Positions 17,638 through 26,260 of a stretch of 35,439 bases of DNA are shown piece by piece. The notes under the pieces were generated by a model. It had not been told where the DNA came from. It saw nothing but the letters and a program-made list of their open reading frames with translations, and made no database searches. Each line of letters starts with the position of its first letter. The stretch's first letter is position 1. This DNA is from Candidatus Zambryskibacteria bacterium RIFCSPLOWO2_01_FULL_35_19 (GTDB taxonomy: Bacteria > Patescibacteriota > Minisyncoccia > Phycocordibacterales > WO2-35-19): NCBI GenBank assembly GCA_001825335.1, contig MHWA01000014.1:1-35439 (forward strand), read 5' to 3'. The position numbers and the translations under genes are program-made.

Positions 17638-17720
17638 TGCGCCGGGCTGGATTCGAACCAGCGTAGGCCGAAGCCGACAGATTTACAGTCTGTTGTAATT
17701 GACCACTCTACCACCGACGC
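17638..17720 (-). tRNA. tRNA-Tyr (anticodon GTA)
   Basis: The reverse complement reads GCGTCGGTGGTAGAGTGG...CAGACTGTAAATCTG...long variable arm...GGTTCGAATCC...CCGGCGCA. Discriminator is A. Confidence 0.85.
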
Positions 17721-17781
17721 ATTTACTCACAATAGTTTACCAAATATTCTGCCTTTCTGCCAACTTAATTACATACCTATT

Positions 17782-20496
17782 TTAAACCCCTACCCCAGCA
17801 GAGAGAGTCTCTAGAATAGAAGACCCGATAATAGCGCCACGACGGCCTTTTTTGATATCAAAGACAAATTCACCTACATCAGTTTTGGATGGATCATTTT
17901 TGACAGAAACAGACACTACTCCCCCTTTCAATATTTCTTTAGAGATGATAAAAGAAGCTACTTGATTTAGTATTTTATTTTGAATCACCCTTTTCAAAGG
18001 CCTTGCGCCGTATTGAGGGTTGTATCCTTCTTTGGCTAAATATTCATAAACTTCATCAGTTAATTCTAATGAAATCTCTTTAATAGCCAATCTCTCTCTT
18101 ACCAAATCAATCTGAATTTTAACAATCTCTCTTATAGCTTCCATAGGTAATATATCAAAGATAACAATATCATCTACTCTGTTTAAAAATTCTGGTCTGA
18201 AGAAATCTTTCATAGCTTCCATCACTTTTTCTTTAACTCCGGCATATTCACCCCCTTTTATATCTCTATCACCGAAGCCCATTTTTTCCATCTTGTCTAT
18301 ATAATTGGCCCCAATGTTTGAGGTCATAATAATAATAGTATTTTTGAAGTTAACAGTTCGGCCTTTAGAATCAGTTAGCCGACCGTTGTCCAAAACTTGA
18401 AGGAAAACGTTAAAAACTTCTGGATGAGCTTTTTCAATTTCATCAAACAAAACAATAGAGTATGGACGATGTCTAACCATCTCCGTTAAACCACCACCAT
18501 CATCAAAACCGACATAACCAGGGGGAGCGCCTATCAGTTTAGAAACAGAGTGCTTCTCCATAAATTCTGACATATCCACCCGAATCAAGGCTTTTTCATC
18601 ATCAAACATAAATTCAGCCAAAGCTTTAGTCAGCTCTGTTTTGCCAACTCCAGTTGGACCTAGAAAAATAAAAGAGCCAATTGGTTTGTTTGGGTCAGAA
18701 ATGCCGGCACGAGAGCGTTTGATGGTATCAGCTATTTTTTTGACCGCCTCATCTTGACCTACTATGCGTTTCTTCAATTCATCTTCCATCCTAGAAAGTT
18801 TTTCGGCTTCTTCTTCAAGCATTCTAGAAACAGGAATACCAGTCCACTTGGCTACTATATTGGCTATATCATTTTCTGTTATTTCTTCTTTTAAGATACG
18901 ACGAGAACTTTGAAGTTTTTTGAGTTTTTTCATATTGGCGTCAAGACTTTTTTCTAAAGCAGGAATCTGTCCATAACGAACTTCAGCTGCTTTGCCAAGA
19001 TCTACTCTAGCTTCAGCTTCTTCAGCTTCTAAACGAGCAAATTCAAGCTCTTTTTTAATCCTTTTTATTTCTCCAACACTTTCTTTTTCATTTTTCCATT
19101 TCAAATCAATTTCTCTAGTTTTTTCTCTCAAGTCAGCAATTTCTTTTTCAATTTCTTGAAGACGAGTTTTGGCTTTACTATTTTTACCTTTGGCTTCTTT
19201 TTTAAGAGCTTCTTTTTCAATTTCAAGTTTTATCACTTTTGAGTTAGTTTCTTGAAGCACTGGTGGCATATTTTCAAGCGAGATTTTTAAATGACTCGAA
19301 GCTTCATCTATAAGGTCAACTGCTTTATCTGGCAAAAATCTATCAGCAATATATCTAGCAGAAAGTACCACCGCCGCTTTAATAGCGTCATCAGTTATAC
19401 GAACCCCGTGATAGAGTTCATATTTTTCTTTTAATCCGCGCAATATAGTTGTGGCGTCATCTATTGATGGCTCACTTATAAAGACCGATTGAAAACGACG
19501 AGTCAAAGCTGGGTCTTTTTCTATATGTTTTTGATATTCTTTGATGGTAGTAGCTCCGATGGCTCGCAATTCCCCTCTGGAAAGAGGAGGTTTCAACATA
19601 TTGGAGGCATCAAGAGAACCTTCGGCTGATCCAGCACCAACAATAGTATGAATTTCATCTATAAAAAGTATAATCTTACCGTCTGATTTTTCTATTTCTT
19701 TTATGATATTTTTGAGTCTTTCTTCAAATTCACCTCTGTATTTGGTCCCCGCCACTAAAAGCCCCAAATCAAGAGATACTATTTCTTTATCTTTTAAAGA
19801 CTCTGGTGCATTACCAGAAGCAACTCTCATAGCCAAACCTTCAGCGATAGCGGTTTTACCTACACCCGCTTCTCCAATTAAGATAGGATTATTTTTGGTC
19901 CGACGAGAAAGAATCTGGATAATACGAGAAATTTCTTCATCTCTACCAATGACTGGGTCAAGTTTGTTTTCGCGAGCCAATTTGGTAAGAGAGCGAGTAT
20001 ACTTTAGGATGTTTTTATTTTTACGATAAGTTTTGGTCTCTGGCATTCTTCCTTGTTTTATTTCTTGAATCAAAAACAAAACTTTTTCTTTTTCAATTTT
20101 GAAACGAGAGAGAGTGTCTTTAGCTAAACTTGGAATATCAAGACAAGCAATAAAAATATGTTCAGTAGAAACAAATTCATCATTCATAGATTTCGCTACT
20201 TTTGAAGAATGTTCAATGATTTGAGCCAACTCCGGAGTAAGAAAAATCTGATAAGAGGGGGACATAGTGCCACCAGAAGCAGTGCCTTCCATTGCTTCAA
20301 AAATAGAATCAGTCAAAAGAATAGTATCTACTTCCATTTTATCCAAAATAGAAGCCACCATACTTTCTTCTTGTAAAATAAGTGCGGCCAAAAGATGAAG
20401 TGGTTCTACGTGATTTTGACTACGTTCGATAACCAGCTCGTGAGCTTTTCTGATGACTTCTTTGGCTTTAGTTGTAAATTGATTAAATGGTGTCAT
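17782..20496 (-). CDS. clpB: Chaperone ClpB (Hsp100 disaggregase)
   Basis: 904 aa with a Clp_N domain, NBD1 ([23 protein letters not shown]), a long coiled-coil M-domain and NBD2 ([24 protein letters not shown]). Confidence 0.95.
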   Translation of the reverse strand: MTPFNQFTTKAKEVIRKAHELVIERSQNHVEPLHLLAALILQEESMVASILDKMEVDTILLTDSIFEAMEGTASGGTMSPSYQIFLTPELAQIIEHSSKVAKSMNDEFVSTEHIFIACLDIPSLAKDTLSRFKIEKEKVLFLIQEIKQGRMPETKTYRKNKNILKYTRSLTKLARENKLDPVIGRDEEISRIIQILSRRTKNNPILIGEAGVGKTAIAEGLAMRVASGNAPESLKDKEIVSLDLGLLVAGTKYRGEFEERLKNIIKEIEKSDGKIILFIDEIHTIVGAGSAEGSLDASNMLKPPLSRGELRAIGATTIKEYQKHIEKDPALTRRFQSVFISEPSIDDATTILRGLKEKYELYHGVRITDDAIKAAVVLSARYIADRFLPDKAVDLIDEASSHLKISLENMPPVLQETNSKVIKLEIEKEALKKEAKGKNSKAKTRLQEIEKEIADLREKTREIDLKWKNEKESVGEIKRIKKELEFARLEAEEAEARVDLGKAAEVRYGQIPALEKSLDANMKKLKKLQSSRRILKEEITENDIANIVAKWTGIPVSRMLEEEAEKLSRMEDELKKRIVGQDEAVKKIADTIKRSRAGISDPNKPIGSFIFLGPTGVGKTELTKALAEFMFDDEKALIRVDMSEFMEKHSVSKLIGAPPGYVGFDDGGGLTEMVRHRPYSIVLFDEIEKAHPEVFNVFLQVLDNGRLTDSKGRTVNFKNTIIIMTSNIGANYIDKMEKMGFGDRDIKGGEYAGVKEKVMEAMKDFFRPEFLNRVDDIVIFDILPMEAIREIVKIQIDLVRERLAIKEISLELTDEVYEYLAKEGYNPQYGARPLKRVIQNKILNQVASFIISKEILKGGVVSVSVKNDPSKTDVGEFVFDIKKGRRGAIIGSSILETLSAGVGV

Positions 20497-20546
20497 AAAT
20501 AAAAATATTATGGCTATATTATAGCAGAAATCTGTATTAAATCAAG

Positions 20547-21362
20547 CTACTTAGCCAATTCAGCTAAAGCTTTTGGAGTAGCGGATTTTATGATATTGAT
20601 AGGGGTATAAGAATATTCAGTATCCAATTCTCCAACTGGTGCTTCAAGACCTACCACTTCTCCCGAAAGATTTAATACTGGACTACCAAAATGACTTCTA
20701 GAAACTTTTAAATCAGAAAAAATCTTTTTTATTGTGACTTTATCTTCATCAAACTTTAATTGAAAAACCCTACCAATAGAGGCGGCGTTGGAACTCAAAC
20801 CACTGATAGCTACCAAACTTTGCCCTATCTTCAAATCATCAGAATTACCAAAAATAGCTGGATAAAAAGTATATTTTAGATCTTTCAAAGGAGCGTCTAC
20901 TTTTAAGAAAACCAGCCCCGCTTCACTATTGATTGAGGTTTTACTAACAGGATAACTCTGCCCATCATGAAAAGAAATCGTGTAAGAAGCAGCAACATTG
21001 TAACTTCGCAAATCAGCTACAATCACCCCATCTCCAGAGACCACCAAACCAAGACCAGAGACAACTTCAGTGCCATCAGCTCCAGTGGTTTTTAATCTAA
21101 CGATAGATTTTTCATTTTTGGCAATTGCTTCCAACACTCTATCTTCTTCGTTGACAATTACCGTAGTAACTACTTTGTCTGGCTTACCCGGTTCAGTTAC
21201 TACTCGCTCAATAGTTTTCTCCACCACTCGGTTAATGGTTTGAGTGACTTCAACTGGTGCTTCTGAAAGTAAAGTAAAAGTGATAATACCAGTAGCAATT
21301 GAAGTTACAAATGTAACCAATAAGACGATAAGTATTAATTGATGTTTAGTCAAATCTTCCAT
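20547..21362 (-). CDS. Membrane-anchored trypsin/HtrA-like protease-fold protein whose catalytic triad appears degenerate
   Basis: An N-terminal TM helix is followed by an S1C-like layout (GLGLVVSGDGVIVAD..., GLVFLKV, GNSDDLKIGQSLVAISG). SHFGSPVLNLSGEVVGL replaces GNSGGPLxNxxGEVIGI. Confidence 0.55.
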   Translation of the reverse strand: MEDLTKHQLILIVLLVTFVTSIATGIITFTLLSEAPVEVTQTINRVVEKTIERVVTEPGKPDKVVTTVIVNEEDRVLEAIAKNEKSIVRLKTTGADGTEVVSGLGLVVSGDGVIVADLRSYNVAASYTISFHDGQSYPVSKTSINSEAGLVFLKVDAPLKDLKYTFYPAIFGNSDDLKIGQSLVAISGLSSNAASIGRVFQLKFDEDKVTIKKIFSDLKVSRSHFGSPVLNLSGEVVGLEAPVGELDTEYSYTPINIIKSATPKALAELAK

Positions 21363-21446
21363 ATTTAGTTAAATAATACCAAAATAAAAAATTAAAAACA
21401 ATTGTTAGTGGATATCCCACTTCGCCAAAACTACACAAGACAAGAT

Positions 21447-22697
21447 TTATTTAACTATCTTCTTGAGAGCGGAGATAAAAGAGTCTAAATCAGATTTTTT
21501 GGTATTACGACCCAAAGTTATACGAAGAGACGAGGAGGCACACTCTTTATTACTCACAGCTTCAATCACATAAGAGCCATTTTCTAGACTCAAAGCATGA
21601 CAAGCAGAAGCGGCCGAGACCGCAAAACCGAGAGTGTCTAATTTAATAACCAAAAACTCACTATCTATTTTTTGGAAACCCGACTTCGCTGAAAGCTTCG
21701 GCGAGGCGAAGCATATATTAATGTTGTTAGGTAATCTATTTTCTAAATCACCATTTAAGGAAGTGTTTGGTATTTCTTTTAAAATTTCAGTTATTGCATA
21801 ATCACGCAACTTTGTTAAACTTTTTGATTCTTTTTCCCTCTTTTTTGTTGCGATTTCCAAAGCTTTAGCGAGGCCGGCAACAGCAACTACATTTTCTGTC
21901 CCAGATCTTAATCCTCCTTCCTGTCCCCCACCAAAAATAATGGGGGAGATTTTGACTCCAGTTTTGACAACTAAAAGACCCATTCCTCTTGGCCCATATA
22001 TTTTAATACCATCCAAGACAAGCAAATCAGCTCCCAATCTTTCCAAAGAAACATTTTCATAAAGAACACTTTGACTAGCATCCACCAAAAGATATGGCCC
22101 TACCAAAAGTTTATTTTGTACAAGGAGAGTCCTTGTACTTTTATATTCTCTTATTACTTTAGCTATTTTTTGGATCGGTTGGATAGTGCCTATTTCGTTG
22201 TTTGCATGTTGAATAGCTATTAAAACAGTATTTTCTTTTATTTCTTTTTTGATTGAATCTGGATTTATTATTCCTTTTTCATTTGGAGTAATAAAAGAAA
22301 CTTCTGCTTTCCCTTCTTTTAATAAATATTTGATCGGTTCCAAAACTGCTGGATGCTCTATTGTTGAGACTATGATATGTGGCAAAGCAAAACCAAAGTC
22401 GGACTTTGGTTTTGTGCCAAGAATGACATCTTCTCGGCAAATTCCTAAAATAGCAATATTTAATGATTCGGTGCCAGAGGCAGTAAAAAAAACTTCGCTA
22501 GCTTTGCAATGCAAAATACGAGCAATCCTTATTCTCGCTTCCTCTAGTATGTTTTTAGCCCGCTCCCCTTCTGTGTGTAAAGAAGAAGGATTAGCCCAAA
22601 AATCTTTTTGAATTTTTGTCATCTCTTTTGCCACACTTAAATCAACCGGCGTGATAGAGGCATAATCTAGAAAGATTCTTTTTTCTTTGTTTTTCAT
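21447..22697 (-). CDS. Cysteine desulfurase (class V aminotransferase, NifS/IscS-like)
   Basis: IFLDYASITP, SLHTEG, FTASGTESLN, HANNEIGTIQP, DASQS, RSGTENV and AASACH (active-site Cys loop). Confidence 0.88.
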   Translation of the reverse strand: MKNKEKRIFLDYASITPVDLSVAKEMTKIQKDFWANPSSLHTEGERAKNILEEARIRIARILHCKASEVFFTASGTESLNIAILGICREDVILGTKPKSDFGFALPHIIVSTIEHPAVLEPIKYLLKEGKAEVSFITPNEKGIINPDSIKKEIKENTVLIAIQHANNEIGTIQPIQKIAKVIREYKSTRTLLVQNKLLVGPYLLVDASQSVLYENVSLERLGADLLVLDGIKIYGPRGMGLLVVKTGVKISPIIFGGGQEGGLRSGTENVVAVAGLAKALEIATKKREKESKSLTKLRDYAITEILKEIPNTSLNGDLENRLPNNINICFASPKLSAKSGFQKIDSEFLVIKLDTLGFAVSAASACHALSLENGSYVIEAVSNKECASSSLRITLGRNTKKSDLDSFISALKKIVK

Positions 22698-22753
22698 ATT
22701 ATTATTCTGTTATTATTTTGAATAATACCACAATTAATGTATAATATACGATT

Positions 22754-23239
22754 ATGGTAATAGATTGGAATTTAGTTGTTTTTTTTGCGCCTTTATTGGC
22801 TTTGGTGATTTCTTTGGTGGCTCTTATACTAGTAATAATAATGTATTTTAGAGTCTCTAGAATATTTAGAAGTGCTAATGTTCCAGACATCGAAAGACTT
22901 TTAAAACTACACACCAAGACCTTAGAAGACCTTATCAAGTTTCAGGCGGACTCAACTATGTATATGAAATCCTTAAATAATAGGATAAAAGGCAAGATAG
23001 GAAAAGTCCCTACTTTAAGATTTAATCCATTTAAAGGCACTGACCTAGGTGGCAACCAAAGTTTTTCTTCTGTTCTAGCAGACGAAGAAGGAAACGGAGT
23101 GGTCATAACCAGTATGCATACCAGAGAACGCACTAACGTTTTTGCCAAACCATTAAAAGACTGGAAGAGTGATTACGGACTAACATCAGAAGAAAAAGAA
23201 GTAATAAAACAATCAAAAATAAATGGAGGAGAAAAATAA
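22754..23239 (+). CDS. DUF4446-family membrane protein
   Basis: N-terminal TM helix, then LRFNPFKGTDLGGNQSFSSVLADEEGNGVVITSMHTRERTNVFAKP. This matches my recollection of the DUF4446 core (RYNAF.d.GG.lSFS.ALLD..g.GvVl.S...R). Confidence 0.6.
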   Translation: MVIDWNLVVFFAPLLALVISLVALILVIIMYFRVSRIFRSANVPDIERLLKLHTKTLEDLIKFQADSTMYMKSLNNRIKGKIGKVPTLRFNPFKGTDLGGNQSFSSVLADEEGNGVVITSMHTRERTNVFAKPLKDWKSDYGLTSEEKEVIKQSKINGGEK

Positions 23240-24728
23240 AACAGAAAAAATAAAAACAATACCCCGCGAACCAGTCGTCTCTGTCATGGGTCATATTGAT
23301 CATGGCAAATCCACTTTGCTTGATTATATAAGAAAAAAAAATACTACTGAAAAAGAAGCTGGTGGCATTACTCAACACGTATCTGCTTACGAAGTAGAAA
23401 AAGAGATAGGTGGCCAAAAAAGAAAAATAACTTTTATAGATACTCCCGGACATGAAGCTTTTTGTTCTATCAGAGAGCGAAGCACCGATGTGGCTGATAT
23501 TGCAATCCTTGTCGTTTCAGCCGAAGATGGAGTAAAACTGCAAACTATTGAAGCTTTAAATTGTATCAAAAAAGATAATATCCCTTTTATAGTGGCTATA
23601 AATAAAATTGACCGCCCTAGTGCCGATATTGAAAAGATTAAAACCGACCTAGCAGAAAATGAAATTTTAGTAGAAGGTTGGGGTGGTACTATACCAGTAG
23701 TGGCTATATCGGCCAAAACCGGAGAAGGCGTCCCTGAACTATTGGAAATGATACTTCTCCAATCAGATATAGAAGAATTAAAAGGTGACCCAACTGCTTT
23801 AGCAGAAGGTTTTGTAATAGAGAGCGACCTTAATCCCAGAGAGGGTATTTCTGCTACTTTGATAATAAAAAATGGCTCTCTTAAAATGGGCCAGTTTATA
23901 GCTAGTTATGGAAGTTATGTTCCTATTAGAACCATAGAAGATTATAAAGGTGAAAAAATAAAAGAAGCCACTTTTTCTAGTCCTGTCAGAATAGTTGGTT
24001 GGAGTGGTGAGCTAAAAGTGGGAAATCGTTTCAAAACTTTTTTAAAAAAAGAAGAAGCTATCAAATTTGCTTCTGAAAATCAAAATAGTTTAGAAACAAA
24101 AAAAGTTCAAAACTTTTCAAATGGAGAAACATTTGGAGTGGTTATAAAAACAGACACTTTTGGTTCATTAGATGCAGTAGAGCACGAACTCCAAAAACTA
24201 AGTAATGAAAAAATTTCCGTTAAAATAATTTCAAAAGGAATTGGCACTATTACAGAAAAAGATTTAAAAACTGCAAATATAAAAAATAGTCTCGTTTTAG
24301 GTTTTAATGTTAAGGTAGACAAAAATGCAGAAATATTGGCTCTTCGAGATAATATAAAAATAAAAACATATAAAATAATCTACGAATTGGTTGATTATGT
24401 AAAAAATGAAGTGATAGAAGCTACCCCAACCGAAAATGTAGAGATAGTAACTGGAAGTATTAAGTTACTTAGGATTTTTAATAAAAACAAAAACAAGCAA
24501 GTAGTCGGTGGTCGAGTAAACGAAGGAGAAATCAAAATAGGAGCCACAGTTAAAATATTTAGAAGAGAATCTTTACTCGGTGAAGGTAAAATAAAAGAAC
24601 TTCAAACACAAAAAATAAAAATTGATTTAGTCCAAGAAGGTCAGGAATTTGGAATGATGGTAGAGTCAAAAATAGAATTAGCAGAAGGAGATATTTTAAA
24701 AACGACTTCTATTATCAAACAAAAATAA
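23223..24728 (+). CDS. infB: Translation initiation factor IF-2, short form lacking the N-terminal region
   Basis: G-domain motifs (VMGHIDHGKSTLLD, DTPGH, NKID, SAK) followed by domains II-IV. 501 aa. Confidence 0.93.
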   Translation: MEEKNKTEKIKTIPREPVVSVMGHIDHGKSTLLDYIRKKNTTEKEAGGITQHVSAYEVEKEIGGQKRKITFIDTPGHEAFCSIRERSTDVADIAILVVSAEDGVKLQTIEALNCIKKDNIPFIVAINKIDRPSADIEKIKTDLAENEILVEGWGGTIPVVAISAKTGEGVPELLEMILLQSDIEELKGDPTALAEGFVIESDLNPREGISATLIIKNGSLKMGQFIASYGSYVPIRTIEDYKGEKIKEATFSSPVRIVGWSGELKVGNRFKTFLKKEEAIKFASENQNSLETKKVQNFSNGETFGVVIKTDTFGSLDAVEHELQKLSNEKISVKIISKGIGTITEKDLKTANIKNSLVLGFNVKVDKNAEILALRDNIKIKTYKIIYELVDYVKNEVIEATPTENVEIVTGSIKLLRIFNKNKNKQVVGGRVNEGEIKIGATVKIFRRESLLGEGKIKELQTQKIKIDLVQEGQEFGMMVESKIELAEGDILKTTSIIKQK

Positions 24729-25091
24729 ATGAAACATATAAATAGATTTAAAGATGACAAATTTATTTCACTTATCTCTAGATTTGCTGCTGAATATTTT
24801 TCTATAGAATCAAGCAAAGATTCATTGATGACAATAACCAAAACAGAGCTTTTTGACCGAGGCAAAAGAGCTTCGGTTTATTTTACTGCTCTACCAGTAG
24901 AAAAAGAAGGAGCTGCTTTAGAGTTTGCCAAACGACGTAGACAAGATTTCCGTCGGTTTATGATGTCTAAAAAATCTTTTGGCTTTACTCCTAAAATAGA
25001 TTTTTATATTGATGAGGGTGAACACAATCGTCAAAAAATAGACAGACTTTCAAATGAATCTAATATTGAAAATTTAATAAATAAAAGCTAA
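24729..25091 (+). CDS. rbfA: Ribosome-binding factor A
   Basis: The 120-aa ORF starts immediately after the infB stop, in the conserved infB-rbfA synteny. Its size and ITKTELFDRGKRASVYF-type KH-like core fit RbfA. Confidence 0.7.
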   Translation: MKHINRFKDDKFISLISRFAAEYFSIESSKDSLMTITKTELFDRGKRASVYFTALPVEKEGAALEFAKRRRQDFRRFMMSKKSFGFTPKIDFYIDEGEHNRQKIDRLSNESNIENLINKS

Positions 25092-25105
25092 AATAGTTTT
25101 TATTC

Positions 25106-25177
25106 GGCCACGTAGCCAAGTAGTAAGGCATTCCTCTGCAAAAGGAATATACGCGAGTGCAATTCTCGCCGTGGCCT
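25106..25177 (+). tRNA. tRNA-Cys (anticodon GCA)
   Basis: Acceptor GGCCACG/CGTGGCC, anticodon arm TTCCT-CTGCAAA-AGGAA, T-arm GCGAG/CTCGC, discriminator T (U73, typical for Cys). Confidence 0.8.
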
Positions 25178-25213
25178 CATTTGTTAAGAAATAAAATAAC
25201 TTGACAAATAATT

Positions 25214-25300
25214 GCTCGGGTGGTGGAATTGGTATACACGAAGGACTTAAAATCCTTTGGTCGCAAGACCTTGCGGGTTCAACTCCCGCCCCGAGCACCA
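25214..25300 (+). tRNA. tRNA-Leu (anticodon TAA), with CCA encoded
   Basis: Acceptor GCTCGGG/CCCGAGC, anticodon arm AAGGA-CTTAAAA-TCCTT, long variable arm, 3' ACCA. Confidence 0.85.
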
Positions 25301-25302
25301 GC

Positions 25303-25375
25303 CCGCTCATAGCTCAGTTGGTAGAGCAGCTCCCTCTTAAGGAGAATGTCCTAGGTTCGAATCCTAGTGAGCGGA
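25303..25375 (+). tRNA. tRNA-Lys (anticodon CTT)
   Basis: Acceptor CCGCTCA/TGAGCGG, D-arm GCTC-AGTTGGTA-GAGC, anticodon loop CTCTTAA, T-arm CTAGG-TTCGAAT-CCTAG. It starts 2 nt after the preceding CCA. Confidence 0.8.
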
Positions 25376-25426
25376 CATGATAGAAAAATATGAACTTGCT
25401 TCATATTATGTTATATTATTTCAGTC

Positions 25427-25507
25427 GGGCAAGTGGTGGAATGGTAGACACGCTAGCCTTAGGAGCTAGTGCCGCAAGGCGTGGAGGTTCAAGTCCTCTC
25501 TTGCCCA
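25427..25507 (+). tRNA. tRNA-Leu (anticodon TAG)
   Basis: Acceptor GGGCAAG/CTTGCCC, anticodon arm CTAGC-CTTAGGA-GCTAG, long variable arm, T-arm GGAGG-TTCAAGT-CCTCT. Confidence 0.85.
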
Positions 25508-25627
25508 CAAAATTACACAATATTTTTTAAAATAATTCTATACTAAACGCTTACTTGTCCCGCCGTAGCTTTATGCAAAGGAGGAGCGTCCTAATATTGT
25601 GTTTGTTGTAATAAATGATATAATGCA

Positions 25628-26058
25628 GTTAGGTTTTCGTTTCGACAGCTACTCTAACTTTTTTAGTTAGGGAGGAAAGTCCGAACATTTACTCGCCCTT
25701 GTGGCGATTCAAACGGTAGCGGGTAATACCCGTCGCCAATTTTGTTCACTAAGAGTGAGTACAAAATTGAGCGTCCCGAGTATATCGAGGGACAATCCTT
25801 CGACAAGCTCAAGATACTCAATTTTGCAACCACTTTCAGTGGGCAAAGTTGGTAGAGTTGCGAACAGAAACGATCCGGTTAAGTCCGGCTGAAACGGCAA
25901 AATACTTACTGGAGTGCAAGGCCGTGTCCACCTTTGTGTGGAAGTGCCGCTCGAGTTTTAGAGTAATCTAAATCCTAGATAAATTGCTGGAAAACCCGCC
26001 TTCGCTTAAAGCTTCGGCGTGGTAAAACAGAATTCGGCTTATGAGAATGAAAACCTAA
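25628..26058 (+). ncRNA. rnpB: RNase P RNA, bacterial type A
   Basis: Universally conserved P4 strands are present: GGAGGAAAGTCCG (25671-25683) and ACAGAATTCGGCTTAT (26027-26042). P1 pairing is aggttttc/gaaaacct. GGTAGCGGGTAATACCCGTCGCC forms the P8/P9-like region. The ends are approximate. Confidence 0.85.
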
Positions 26059-26099
26059 AATATCCCGTAAAATTGCTTTGCAATCACGGGACACAGTGC

Positions 26100-26126
26100 A
26101 AAAACCGTCCGCAAGGTCGGTTTTTG
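26100..26126 (+). terminator. Rho-independent terminator after rnpB
   Basis: aaaaaccgtcc-gcaa-ggtcggttttt has a GNRA-type loop and a T5 tail. Confidence 0.6.
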
Positions 26127-26260
26127 CTTTATCCCGTTAGAAATAGGAAATAATATTTCCGCGATTTCTAATGGGATTGCATTTTTAAACAGCTTGTGAT
26201 ATAGTTATAAACGGAAAAGCAGTTCTTTGACTGCAAAAAGATTGAAGGAGGAGCAGAATT

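Noticed and set aside
22702-22938. 78-aa minus-strand ORF
   Set aside because: It overlaps the start of the better-supported plus-strand DUF4446 gene, has no RBS and no recognisable homology, and lies mostly in the AT-rich intergenic or 5' region.
25201-25206. TTGACA hexamer upstream of tRNA-Leu(TAA)
   Set aside because: It lies only 8 nt from the mature tRNA 5' end and no -10 box fits, so it is more likely a chance match. The tRNAs are probably co-transcribed from further upstream.
25074-25310. 78-aa minus-strand ORF
   Set aside because: It runs antisense through tRNA-Cys and tRNA-Leu(TAA), so it is an artefact of GC-rich tRNA sequence.
25701-25900. Two overlapping 63-aa ORFs on opposite strands
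   Set aside because: Both lie inside the RNase P RNA gene, which has clear conserved P4 and other motifs, so they are not coding.
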